Source of the DNA: Sphagnum compactum
Taxonomy: Eukaryota
NCBI GenBank assembly: GCA_965153455.1
Contig: OZ234494.1
Coordinates: forward strand, 10,540,001 to 10,604,000
Length of the DNA stretch: 64,000 nt
Direction: 5' to 3'
Shown piece by piece: positions 51,155-64,000 of the stretch. Each line of letters opens with the position of its first letter. Position 1 is the first letter of the stretch. The translations under genes were made by a program, and so were the position numbers. Under the pieces are notes generated by a model. The model saw nothing but the letters and a program-made list of their open reading frames with translations, was not told where the DNA came from and searched no databases.

Positions 51155-54100
51155 TTATACACATGTCAAAGCAGCTACAGCATGCCTGATAAGTGATCAA
51201 CCAATCTCCTGTCCCCCACAAGGGAGCTGCAGATATGGAAACTGACCTAGTTCTTTGGATCCTATCATTCAATCCCCAAAAGGCATTTTATCACATGAAT
51301 TTGGATCCAAACTTATCACAGATCCATCAACGAATGCACCCACCTACAAACTCCCAACAGTTTTCTCTGAACAACTTGTTGGACCAGCAGCAGCAGCAGA
51401 AAGAATAACAAGGGAATCACCGTATGTGATGATGGGTTGTTGCTCCATCAATCCTTTGTCCCTCACAAACAAACAGAAACTACATTTCACAACCCAAAGG
51501 AATCCATCTCTCTCCACAGCTCTCAAATTCACACACAGACACACCCACCTGTGAAAGAAGAGGAAGAAGAAAGCTGATCCCCACCATGGTGCAGGAAGGT
51601 AAACCACCACCAGATTGTCACACACAATAAGATCATCAGTTGCCACAAGCTGCGAGGTGGCGGCCACCTAGACATCTCTACAACTACTCCGCAGCAGCAT
51701 CAATGGTGGAGAGGCCGAGACCACCACCCACGTCTTGTTGATCACCGAACCCACTGGTGTTTCTACATTCTTCTTCACAGCGTCATTGGCATCTTCGCGC
51801 ACCACCACCATTACCACCAACAACAACAACAAGACCACCATCACCATTACCATCACCACTTCTTCCACGACACCAGCAGGTTATTGTCCGCATTGCATCA
51901 GTGATCTCAATCCTCCCCAAATCCATGATTGCCTCTTTCTTCTTCTTTTCCCAGCACCACCCACAATAGAACACCTCTTCCTTATTCTTCACCAGTGCCC
52001 ACCACCGTCGGCTGCTGCTGTTGTTACCGCGAACCCCATCGTTTGCTTACTCTCATTCTCTTGTCACAATGCAGACCACCCATCCCCTCCTCTCCTCTCC
52101 CAAGCGGAGATGCTGAACCTACTACTACTACTGCTACCAGCGAGGAGGAAGTGGAGCAATCAATCAAACCCCACTGCTTTACGAGGAGCTGCTTCCCGTT
52201 GTTCTTCTTCTCCTGAAACTGTGAATGCAGTAGCAATACTCCGATGTTGTTCCGATCTGTGATTTGCAACATAAACTAGTAGTACTAGGATTGCTTGAGC
52301 TAGTCCTACTGCCGGAAGCTAATTGTTCACGCGGGATCATTGAACACGGATCGGCAAAAACAGCAGCAACAGTAGCAGCAGCAGCAGCATGATTACGATG
52401 GTGCTGGCGCTGGTGATTTGAGCATTCTTCTCTCAGACTCAAACACGACGCATGTCTGCATCTCCCACAACAACAAGAATCGAAACCCAGCGAACCAGAG
52501 GTACATAGCAATAATAAATCTCGCATCACTTAAGCAATCATGCTCGAGAAGAAAGAAGAAGAAGAAAAACAAAGCAAACCCAAAAAGCCAAATATCCAAA
52601 AAATCACACACGGGAAGAAGAAAGGTCAGGTCAAGTATCAAATGATTCTGTGTGTGTGTGTGTGTGTGTGTGGAGTGTGTGGGTGTGTGTCTGTGTGTGC
52701 TAAATGTTAGCAGCAGATATATGGCAAAGCCCACAAGAGAGTATGTACATCGTGGGTATTGTAATAGTAGAGGAGAAGAGTGTGGAGGCTAATAATAGAG
52801 AGGCAAGCAGCAGAAGCAGCAGAAGCAACAGCAAGAAGTAAGTACACTAATAAAAGTAAAGAAAGAACGCTTTTACAAAGAGAGAGAGAGAGAGAGCTCA
52901 GAAGAGGGGGGCAGAAGAGAGGGAGAGGAGCTGCTGTTGCTGTTGCTGCAAAGTGTGTGATTGACCACAGACACAAAACACAGAGGGTAAGGTAAGGTAA
53001 GGTAAGACAGACATATAGATAGATACAAGAAAAAGCATGAAAGACTCCGCTGACCAGCAACAGCAACAACGACCATCAACAACAACAACTAACAGTGCGC
53101 AAGCACCCCAACCAACAACCAAAAAAAAAAAAAAAACACAAAGCAAAAACAAAGCGCTCGCCCCGGGGGGAGAGTGACTCTACCGCGCAAATCCTTTGCG
53201 ATTTCCTCTCTTTCTTTTTTCTCTTCTGTCTCTGTGTCCGCAAGAAGCCACCACCGGACGGGACGAGCGCGCGAGCGCGTGCGAGCAAAAGGAACGAACG
53301 AAACCAGCTCTCCAAATAAGACCCCCTACCCTCTCTCTTTTTTTTCTTATTTATTTATTTAATAATTTGTTTTATAATAATAATTTTTAGGATGGGGGTT
53401 GTGGGGGCGAGGGTCGGAGGGGTTGGGGGTTTTTTTTTTTTTCTTTTTTTTTTCGGTGTCCCAATCATAACATTCCTGTGAAGGCTCCACCACCAACTTG
53501 CTTAGGAAAAATCGTTTTTTTTTTTTTCTGGTTGGGTGGGGGGGGAGGGCGGGGGTGGCTAAGTACCTACACAAATGGACAAGATCCATTGTAGAAAAGA
53601 ATAAACAGGGTTTTCTTTTTTGAGATAACAACAATAAAAGAAACTCTCAACTCTTGTTTTGTTTGGGGGTAGGGTTCTCAGGGGACCTTTGGGTTTTTTT
53701 TTTTTTTTTTTTTTCGAAATTTTGTGATTTTTGGAACGATTTTTTTTTTTGTGTTTCCAAAAATTTAGTTAAATTAATCAAATTTACAAATAGAGAAAAA
53801 AGAATTTCCAAAATTTTCGCAATGGCTTTTGTGGAAAAACCGATGAAATTTGTCTTCCTGAGAAAAACACTGGGTTGGATGGGATGAGATGGCGGGGTTG
53901 GGTTTGGGGGAGGGCAATTTGGGGTGTGGAAAACTTGACTTGGTTTGAAAAGAGGGGGGGAATAAAATGGTTCTTATTAGAGTGGTTGGTTCAGTGGTTG
54001 GCGAACATCTTGGAGATGCAAAGTCGGAGGGATGAAGTTTTGGGTTTTTGTTGTTTCTGAGGCTTTGGATGCATTCATTATCTAGGTTTGGTTGGGATGA

Positions 54101-54340
54101 AAATTTGACATTTAGTCACACTTGCAACATTCACTCGTAATCCTGGTTTTGTCAAGGGTAAAGCCCCAAGGAGAGGGCAAACCCCCCAAAATAAGGGGCC
54201 TAGAGGATACAATAGCCAAGTTCACCCCCATATTTTGAGAATGTCCCACATCCATTGCCTCACCCCAAATGGTAAAGCACAAGGCAAACATTATCATAAA
54301 CCCCAAATACACTTTAGATCACTAAGCGGTAGGAGTGGGA

Positions 54341-54424
54341 GGGATCTTATGCCTACTATTTAGAAGCAAGAGGATGTTACACCTAACTATCCCTCATATT
54401 CTTAAAGAGTAGGCATAAGATCCC
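54341..54424. other. 84-nt foldback hairpin (MITE remnant or miRNA-like precursor)
   Basis: 17-bp perfect arms GGGATCTTATGCCTACT/AGTAGGCATAAGATCCC. Inner pairing TTTA/TAAA, GAA/TTC, GAGG/CCTC, GAT/ATC, GTTA/TAAC closes a CACC loop. Confidence 0.65.
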
Positions 54425-55512
54425 CTAGTCTTCTTTTCTAGGAGGGATATTCAGGTATATAAGGTGCTCTCCAAATACGCTTAGGAATTTTGTTCATGTG
54501 CTTTTTACAACAACATAATAGGACTAGTATATTGGTAAGAGATCCTATTGTCTCACTCCTCTTCTCGTATCTTCTTCCATCTTTGCCTTAAGGAATGGAA
54601 TGGGCAAGAATGTGTGACAACATTTTTTTGATGTTGTTGGTGCCCATGCATTTTGTCGTCGTTTGTTGGCTCTACCCATAAGGTAAGCGATTAAGCATTG
54701 ATGTCGGATTTGTGCATAGAATTTTTTGACTCCACCTTGACTCAATGTGTGACATCTGGAGTAGTAGTAGTAGTATTATTATGTGTGCAAATGATGGATG
54801 GGTAGCCCTATCTTTCATTGAAATGCATCATAAACTTGATGAAAAGATGTAAGCTAGATCCAGTGGGGAGAAGTTTTTAGTTTGAAGTTTCAACCTGCCA
54901 TGAACCCTGCCATAAATAGCAGAGTCATTATGCTATGAGCTGCTTGCTTGTTCAGAGAGACTCTGCAGTTGGCTAAAGCTTCTGGCCCACAACCTACATA
55001 TATAAAAGAGAAAGATGATCACCTCCTCTCCCCCCTTCCCCCCCCTCCCCCCCTTTCCAACCCTCAACCCCTGGCCTCCTTACTTTCAGGTATTATTATT
55101 CTAAGGTTTTCAAACTCATTAGCTTTTCAACAGGCATTTTCTTCACCTCTATAATACATTCTCATGTGTGTAAGTTTGTGCATGCAGACAATAGAATAAT
55201 TATTTTTGGGACCCACACAAAGTTGAGAGTTCAAACTTCGGACATCAACCAAATCAATGGGTTTGCACCAACAGTCACCAGCAAACCCTCAAAGGATGGA
55301 TGGATGGATGGATGGTGGGTGGATACAAAAAACACTTCTCCATTGGGTTCTAGTTCCATATTAAATTAACCAACAGTGGTTAGCTCAGTTGCTGTTTTTA
55401 GTACTCAGATACTAAACAACCCACTAACCCAGCTTCCCTACTTTTTAACAATCTACTTGCATCTCTTTTTACTTAGTAGTCACCTATTGTCTTTTACTTA
55501 GAGCACCTCTTA

Positions 55513-55842
55513 GAGCACCTCTGTGTGGTCCTGCACTGGAAATCTTGGATGAGGTGCATCAGGCAGCATCTCTAGTGAGTAGATCCATTCGGAAGACTGC
55601 TGCAACACTCAAAAATTGCACTCCTTCCGAGGTTCCCCCAGGAGCCTGGAAGAGTCTAATCAATATTTTTATTGACTGCTTGTTTCCTGTTCTTGATTGG
55701 CTACATAGTTTGATTGGTCTAGGTGGTTTGCTATTACTAGTCTCTCACCTATTTGGAGGTCCCCCAAGTAAATAACTAAAACTTGGATGCCAGAAATAGT
55801 TTTGCAGGGTCACATAAGTACCAGGAACTGCTGGAGATGCTC
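55513..55842. mobile_element. Tourist/PIF-Harbinger-like MITE
   Basis: Left end TTA|GAGCACCTC, right end GGAGATGCTC (reverse complement GAGCATCTCC), a Tourist-type TIR. The 12-bp TTAGAGCACCTC is tandemly duplicated at 55498-55521. Confidence 0.55.
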
Positions 55843-56193
55843 TTCCCTGCCTGCCTGCCTACCTACCTACCTACCAGACCCAATTTTTTACATGGCAGGT
55901 TACCAAGGCAAAACTCGATGTCAACTGAGTTGGGCTTCATCCACAACTAAGTCATGAGAGAGGGCTTCCAATGGATTGGATATTGGTGGCTGTTGGTTCA
56001 CTCTGGCTTCCTAAAGTGGGGGTCACACAAGCCACCCCATATTTGAAAGGGGATTCTAACCCCCTCCCCCTCAGGGGCTAGTGTGAATGTGAACCATCAC
56101 CTACCAGCACACCATGCTCGATTATCAACCCAGTTATTAATAACTTACCAATCGAGTCTTGATTTTTAAAATAATTGATTAAATTGATAATTA

Positions 56194-56890
56194 CAGTAAA
56201 CTCGCTTTATAATCACGGCCATTTTAGTCATATTTTTCTTTGTGTCACACAATTTGTTTAGTAAGAAACACCATTCTTTAGAATCATTATCACTCTCTCA
56301 TTAGTAGCAAATTTTTTTGGCAAAGCTTTTTTTTTTTTTTCTTTGTAAATGTGATTATAATGGGAGATATCTAGAGCAAATATTAGGGTTTGATAAATTG
56401 TAATTTCTTTTAACAATGTTAGTGTTGTTTTGTGTTCAAATTGTGCAAACTAACAACATTGAAATCCAATTGAAGAAAAAAGAAAAAACAACTTTCTAAT
56501 GTAAACAAGCAAAAAAAGGCAAACTTGTCAAGAAAGCAAAAAAAATTAATTAAAAAAATCTGGTTAACAAAATACACAAGCTAATAGTTAAGGAGCTCAA
56601 ACTCAATGTAAATCATCACATTAAAATAACAGAAATCACAACCTTCTTCAAGTCTATTAATAAATAATAGAGCTTAGAATAACTCACATTTAAAAAAAAA
56701 AACAAATTGGCACCTTTATTCTAGCTATTTTGTAAGTTTTTGTTTTATTTTTGTTTTTTTGGGCTTATAGTCACAATCTTGTAAGGGTTTACATGAAATG
56801 TGATTATACATGTTTAAATCACACTTTGTTAGTGTCACAAAAAAAAAAAAAAGTGGTCACCAAAGGCGTGATTATAAAGGGGGTTTACTA
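56194..56890. mobile_element. Non-autonomous Tc1/mariner (pogo-like) TIR element
   Basis: TA|CAGTAAACTCGCTTTATAATCACG (56194-56217) versus the reverse complement of 56867-56890, TAGTAAACCCCCTTTATAATCACG: 21/24 identical. TA on the left flank; AT-rich interior. Confidence 0.7.
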
Positions 56891-59380
56891 TGCTTGATAT
56901 TGAATTTTCAAAGTCTAATAACCTACCCGGATGATTGGGAGGAGGGTTTAGTGGATAAGTTACCAAGATGGAAGCTTAGTGGGTCATCCACAGCTGACTC
57001 ATATTGGGTTTCCAATGGATGGTGCATTGGAGGGGGCTAGGTCACAATAAGCCCCACACTGGTGGCAGGCAGCCTCCTTGGGGGATGGGATGGATGATGT
57101 TTGATAGATACCCTAAGCAATTCTCCCTTGGGATCTGGTTGTTCCTCCGATAGATAGGTATCTCCTAGGTTCAAAGGTAATGTGTAGGCCCTACACCTAA
57201 AAAAACCCAAGGAGTGTTTTGAAAGTGGCAACTTCCTGGGACTTTTGGGTGGCTCAACATTCAATAGCACCTAAGGTAGATCAAGCTGCAGAAAAAGTAT
57301 ACCCTTATGGGCACTTAGATCCCTTAGGGTTTTATATCAAAGTGCCCATAAACCCTAAACCCTAAACCAACAAATTTGAATCAAAGAAGATGCTTAAAAG
57401 CCTTCTAGGCATTTTGATATTAACCCAGCAAATGCAAATTTGAAGAAGCTAGAGAGATACTAAGGCATTAGAATTCTTTTATCAAGTCACCCTGTCTTTT
57501 GGGCCCTAGTTTGACCCTCTAATCCCTGTTTCATCACCAATTTGGTGATGTGTATGTGTAAAGTGATTGAAATTGGGTATTGTTTCATGGAATTGGATAT
57601 CTGGCAGTTCAGAAGATTTGCAGGATCAATTATTTTGATGAGGATTTGATTTTAATGAAGAATATGAGCCAATAGTCAAGGTGCAGAGCTAAGGCAAATC
57701 CAAAAACTGGGGCTGAACGAAACTCCCCCCTGAGGAACCAATATAGGTGAGAAACATAGTTTGATTCCCCCCGCCCCTTTTTTCTTCTTCTTCTTCTTCT
57801 GTACTGTTTCCATCCTGACTTTCTCATTTTGTCCCTCATATCAAGCGGAACTGGGGTCCAGTGGCCCCAGTTTGGGTACTTTACACATAACTCTATTGTT
57901 CAAAACATGTAGATATCTTTATTCCAACTCCCCCCCCCCCTTTTTTTTTTCTTCCAATGGGCAACCAAATTGATCTACTTCTTTACTTGAAGTGGGACTT
58001 TATTAATTGACAAATGACTAACTAGGAATCTAATCTCATGTGGGGACTAAGGGGATGGCATGGCATTTCCCTTACCAGATTCTTTGGTGTGGTTTTTTTT
58101 ATAAATTTATTTTAAAATTATTTTAAAATAAATAAATTTCTTGAAATTTTAAAAATTCTAGAAAGCAATAAGCATCTGTTGTTGACTATAATCTAGGGTT
58201 TTTTAATTTTTTAAATTTTAAATATTTAAAAAAATTATTGAAAAGAGGACTTAGTTTTTTATTGGCTTCTCTTTTGCATTATCAGATGAGTTCTCCAATC
58301 AGCACTTCAACTTTGCCCACCAATTAGTTTCCAAGTTTGCTTGTGTTTTACACATGGGACTAACTTTGTGTCACGACCTTTTTGCACAATTTTTGAGTCT
58401 AGAGATGTCCACGTGGAAAGCAAGGCCAATTGGACACACGTGGACATGAAGCCCACCTGGGAACAAATATACTAAGTAGCCTCGCCAGTTGGGAAACCAA
58501 TTTCAAGTGGCCACAAGCAAAAAAGTGGTTGATTCCAAGAGTCATATCCAGGGCTTTTTCTTCAATTTTGTGATATAAAAGATGGGTGAATTATTTTCCA
58601 AAAAATTTGAAAGTTTAATAGAAATTAAATTACACCAGAAATAATAATTTACAAAAATTCCCCAATTTTTTTTAGTTGAAACAATGACCATTTTTTCTTT
58701 TTCTGAAAAAAAAAACATCAGGACTCATATTGGTCATACAAATTGAACTTGAAAACATATTATTCATGTTAATTTAATTTTGAAAAATCAATGAAATGCA
58801 TGCTCAAGTGCATGTAAAATTGAAAAATATACCCTATTCATAACCTTGAATATATGTGAAAAATGCTCATATCTAAAATCAAATATGTTATTAGCATTTA
58901 GGTTTAAAAATTAGGGTAAAAACAACTTAAACCTTAAACTTTGTTAGTTCTATTAATTAGACGGGGTGCCTCTCAAGTTTTTTCTTTTTTTTTTCCTTCT
59001 TCTTTTTTTAACGATTAGCCATTTTAATTGACCCATCGTCCAATAAATAAATAAAATTGGAAGTTCCCCAAAATAAAAGTTTTATTACATGTTATTCAAG
59101 GACGAATTAAACATTTTTTAATTTTTGCATAGCATTCTAACATTGGATTGGGGCCTTGGATTTTTTTTAAAATTTCTAAAATGTGGGATTTTTTCATGTT
59201 TAATTCAGTAAATAATACATATATGTTTGTTTAACCCAAAAGGAGTATATAATGGGGGTTACTTGGACCATACCCATCTACCAAAAAAATGAAAATTTGT
59301 ATATTTAGACCTTAACTTGATGGAAAATTTTGAACATTAATATACCCTTACCCAATTGATAAATAAAGGAAAATTTTAAA

Positions 59381-59449
59381 TTCACACCTTTTTTCATGGT
59401 AACCAATGCTCAAGGGCATTGGTTACCATGAAAAAAGTCTCGGTGTGAA
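59381..59449. other. Perfect 22-bp hairpin with outer TTCACACC/GGTGTGAA arms
   Basis: CTTTTTTCATGGTAACCAATGC (59388-59409), loop TCAAGG, GCATTGGTTACCATGAAAAAAG (59416-59437). Confidence 0.8.
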
Positions 59450-62400
59450 CATGCCTCAAGTATTCCCAATAATGAACAACCTCTCGCCCGTCCCTAGTCC
59501 ATATTGTCACCATAGCAACTCCCTCACAAAAGAGAATTGACAAGAGTTAACATTTAGAAAACAATCCTCACGTTCTAATTGTACGTCCACCTAACCTTGC
59601 CGAGAATACCACAAAAAGCTTGGAATCATTTTTTTATTATAGGTTGCCGTTCAAAATCAAATCACTTCTCTGAGTCCCCCGCCCCCGCTCTCGGAACCCC
59701 GACTTCTCTCTCTTTCAAAAATGTAATAAAAAAAAAGAGTGTACACTAAAGAACCCTACACTAGTTTCTAGTGCACCGCTCAAATTTAATCATTAACCAT
59801 GATCCGAATGCATTATTTGGACAACTCCTGAATGGGCCGGCTCCACCCATGTGACCATCAAGTCCGACTACTTGCATCATGCTCGATCCTCCTCCGCCCC
59901 TCCCCCGGACTTTGCTCGGGGGGCAATGAGGCTTACAAAAGAGTGAGAAAGGGGGGGAGGGGGGGGGGGGTGGGCGCTCAGTTAGTGTCCCTGACGTACA
60001 TAACATGATCCCCCAGACAAACAGAATCTGCTCTCTTTGTGGCAACAAATATATGGATGTTAGTGGCAGAACAGAGATACCGGAATTGGATATGGTGGAG
60101 CCCATCCATCCCACCACCCCCATCGGTAGTAGACAAAATCCAGTGCACCATCCATTGGAAACCCGATATGACCAAGTTGTGGATGGATGAAACAAGACCC
60201 CCACATGTTTCAATCCTATAAACAGTCCAACTTTCATCTCACACTATGAAAGTAACTATTGGGGTTGGTTGGTTCTTAGTTTCTAAGAGGACCGGTTGGG
60301 TCTGGAATTAGTGAATTCTTTAAGAAAATGGATGAGTTATTGTTTTGTTTTAGGGAATATTTTTCATAGCCAAAATGCATTAGTTCGAGGGCTTTGTTAG
60401 CTACTCTTGATCACTAAGTTATGATCTAATGGTTATAATCTTGATAAGACCCTAATTCTAGGTTCAATGTGGGCCAGTTCTATATATATATATATTTCAA
60501 AATTTAGATGGGAAAGTATCATATTTTAGTTGGTCGGCCATAATAATGGTTACTATCTATGTAGATAATAAGTAGGAAAGCCACTTGGTGGGTAATAGGT
60601 AACATTTGGATGGTTAGTACATAACTAACCACCATGGTTAGCCTTACCTGGGGCCTCCCATAATGGGTACTCTTTTCTCATGTCAAAAATGTGGTTTCAT
60701 CACACAACAAGTGAAGTAGGGTTTAGTCTAAAGCTTGTCAATCAAAGTGCAAGCTCAAAAAAAATATTCCAGGGGGTTTGATTCTAGCCAAATATTTATG
60801 TCTTGTTGAGATGATAACGGCTATTTCTAACCAAATTCCTAAACCCAAATGAACACCCATAATGGAGGCCAAGGCTTTCAACCATGTCTACATTGTTATA
60901 ACTTTGTTGTGTGATTATTCGTTTGATGTTCTCCTTTTTAGGACCATTGGGAAGGTCTTACAAGGATGTCATTCCTCAAAAAGATCCAAAATGAAGTTTG
61001 GGAAATGTATATTAAGGTTGAATGTGTGCATGACCCTCACTAGTATATGTTTGAAAGCACTGAATGATAGGATACCAATATTATTCTTTAAATGAGATTA
61101 ATTTATCATATTTAGCTTGAATAATATAGAAATCTAGAGTAAATTTTCAAATAACATTGCCAATTCCAAGGAATGGTTAATAGAGATTTGTGTGACAAAT
61201 TCTAGGAGAGTTGTTTTTGGTTTTGTCTCTTGAAGTGAAAGATGGTACACAATAAGGAAATGAGAATTATTTAAGTTTCATCTTCGCCTTGAAGCCATAG
61301 ATTTGGCAATGAATATATGGCCCTCGCTATTTGTGTCATGTATTACAACTTTTACATGTAACATATTCAAAACCTTTCAAAGTTGCAATTTCATCTTAAG
61401 TAGACCAAAAACACCAAACAATGCTATTATTGTACGCAAAAAAAAGTTACACAATATTTTAGTTGCACTTGAACTCAAAGTAGTAAAAGTTCTAGATGTA
61501 AAAAAATCATCATGGCCAAATTTTTAAATTACTAGAATCTAGCCTTAAATTATGAACTCATGGACCATAAAATAAGTCAAGCAAAACTTTAATTGGGACA
61601 ATAGGTATTGCAAGAATTTTTTTTCAAGTGAAGATGATCTTACTATTATCAAAAACTTGCACAACATTTTCACATAATGTTGTTAAATATGTAATGAAGT
61701 AATGAATTAAACCCATCACCTAATCATTCGTCAAAAATAGGTCATATGATATATATATTTTTTATTTATTGATGTGGAAGAGGTATGAATTGAAAGCAAC
61801 TCACTTTCAGTTCAAATTGTGTACAAGGTGTGCAATGGGGGTTTACACAAAACAAGGAGATGGCAATGAGCATTACATCAAAAGAATCATTGCTTATGGA
61901 GCTTGTATTCAAACTTGATATTAATACCCCTAAAAGAATTAATTAAATTAATCAACTACTTTATGGTTCCATTTCACATATTAGGTGATTCAAGCTAGTA
62001 CAGTTTTATACATTACATAAATTTCATAATTATCACTTTAGAAGGGTTTACATATCACAACATCAGCAAATAATAACATTGAAAAAAGAGGCAAAAAAAA
62101 GAGAGGAGAAAATGCTTATGGTTAGTACCTATCTACCTGCCTCCTATGCCTTGTATCCTTAGGTTCATGACAACATTTGCTTTGTGTTTTATGATTTGCA
62201 AAGTCCATAGATGGGCGCTACAATCCCAAAATGCAGGACCAAACTCGGCTATTGCTTTTCCTAGGCCCTTTATTTTCAGAATGCACTCACCCTGGGGCTT
62301 TAACCTACATATAAAGTCGTACATAGGGCTCTACATTGTAGGAAAGAGGTCTTTAGTTGGGGGCCAAGCTCCACTTAGCTAGTGCCAAAAGGTTTCTGTT

Positions 62401-63477
62401 TCTGTTTCCAGAGGGACTGCTTTGGAATCCTTTGATCTTGATACACTTCCAACCGGCCTTTAGATTTGAACAATATTGTTGCCCTTTGCAGCGTTGGGCT
62501 ACTATGGTTAATCTTCCCCTTCAAAGTGAAGGATTTGACCTAGACTAAGGAGAAAAAGTCACAAAGCAAAACCTTGCATACATGAGAGTTAGAACCATGG
62601 GTTAGAACTTAGAGGGCTTATTTATTATTAGGAATTTGACACCAAGTACCCGGAGGTTCTCAGGTGGTTCTTTAGTCCATTTGTTCCCCCCACCCAAAAG
62701 AAAGGTATCAATTCTTAGTCAGTTATTTCATGAAAACCATTGAGGGTTTTAAAAAGAAAACCAAGACTGAAGGTTCTTTGATTTCTGAAATTTATAATTC
62801 ATAATTAAATTAAATTTAAATAAAAAATAAAAATAAACCAGAACTACTGAATGTTCTTTGATTTCTAAATTTCCAAAATACATGAACTGAAGTTTTTTTT
62901 TTAAAAAATCAAATACATGCCCAACACTGATTATTACAGCCATCCAGAATTAAGAAAAGAATCAGTGGATGACTTTCATAAAAAAGTCATCCACAATCCT
63001 TACCTACATGGTATCTAAACCCTAAGTAGCCTCACCTAAGCTAGTTCTAAAGTACATGAGACAAGGGCACCTAACCTAAGCTACACTTGCCTACCTAATC
63101 TATCTATCTCCTCATCCCTCATCCACCTTGAGGTGGTTAAGTCATTCATCCCCTGGCTGGTTACCAATGCACGTCAAGTTTGTTCATTCTGTCTGCTCGT
63201 ACCAGTGTAGGTGTTGTTGGTTCACCCAAGGCCAAATTTTTTAAGGCCCTGAAAGGATGCCTGCCAGTCCAATGCTACATGGGAAAATAAAAATAAAAAT
63301 AAAATATTTATTTATTGTAATTAATTAATTAACTAATTAATTAATTAATTAATTAAATAAAAAGTTTGACCCAGCAAGATCTGTGCCTACCAGACACAAC
63401 AATTCAGTCAGAGCAGAAAACCCTCTTAAAAGAACCGGACAAAGGAAAACCATAACACCGAGGAGGCAGGTTGTTTA

Positions 63478-63552
63478 AAACCGCCCCTCAACCCCTTTCA
63501 ACAAACCGCCCCTCAACCCCTTTCAACAAACCGCCCCTCGACCCCTTTTACG
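63478..63552. repeat. Tandem repeat, 3 x 25 bp
   Basis: AAACCGCCCCTCAACCCCTTTCAAC at 63478, 63503 and (diverged) 63528. Confidence 0.9.
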
Positions 63553-64000
63553 AACTTTGTGAGTGTCAGTGCAGCGACCGTAACAAGCTGCAAAACCTGA
63601 ACCACTTTAGGCATTGCAGAGAGAAAAAGACAAACCCAGGGAAAAAATAAAATTAAATAAATGAATAAAAAAGGAAATATTTGGGCAAATAGCACTGACA
63701 CATGCAAATATTTTTATGTTTAGAAAAAAAAGTCCACTTAAATTTCTATGTTTTAAAAACCCAAGTGGAGAGGACTGGTAGTCAGTCTAGTCTGGACTCT
63801 AGTCCCGGGTACACTTACATTCCCAGATTTTGTCATAAACTTTGTCTCCCCCACCTCCCCACTTTCCCCCCCCCCCCCCTCCCTTTTAACTTTCCTTATG
63901 TGGACTTATGACATTTAATAACTGAACCAGTATCGAAGTTTGAACCGGTTTCTGTCTGTCTGTCTGTCTACCTAAACTCATTTTCTTACCTTTACCGTAG

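Larger units (their letters stand above)
55936..60190. repeat. Three dispersed copies of one short repeat family (about 55936-55990 +, 56984-57030 +, 60140-60190 -)
   Basis: Shared core CATCCACA(A/G)CT..TCATAT.GGGTTTCCAATGGATGGTGCA; the third copy is inverted. Confidence 0.65.

Noticed and set aside
51668..53319. Many short hydrophobic or basic ORFs on both strands
   Set aside because: Produced by (CAC)n, (CAA)n, (GA)n and (TG)n microsatellites; no domain evidence. Treated as leader sequence.
57350..57368. Short telomere-like tracts AAACCCTAAACCCTAAACC (also ~35574-35590)
   Set aside because: Only 2-3 units each; too short to indicate a chromosome-fusion or healing site.
59761..60237. 158-aa minus-strand ORF
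   Set aside because: It runs through a dispersed repeat and G/C homopolymers; no recognisable protein.

Overview
Eukaryotic land-plant genomic DNA, most likely a moss. An intronless RAD51 and the AT-rich repeat landscape suggest Sphagnum or a relative; this is an inference. I rebuilt six protein-coding genes by hand from splice sites, and each joined CDS length is a multiple of 3: a GT4-type membrane glycosyltransferase (+, 6 exons), a class-I-like small heat-shock protein with one intron and a long C-terminal tail (-), an intronless RAD51 (-), a 13-exon MATE transporter of the FRD3/DTX44-like clade (-), a 14-exon NOC2 (+), and a proline-rich ALE2/extensin-type receptor kinase (-). Intergenic DNA holds decayed hAT transposases, Helitron termini, an LTR-like fragment, a possible tRNA-derived SINE, several MITE-like TIR elements and short hairpins. 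The most interesting unannotated structure is at 8.7-12.1 kb: an intact sHSP, a tandemly amplified heat-shock-element array, and a hidden, divergently oriented 3' remnant of a second tailed sHSP. I read this as a decayed head-to-head sHSP pair on a shared HSE promoter. Other notable items are a telo-box minisatellite promoter on NOC2, a candidate GC-AG intron, an E2F/CHR-like motif beside RAD51, and a possible 6-kb composite Helitron. The sequence alone does not demonstrate a new biological system.
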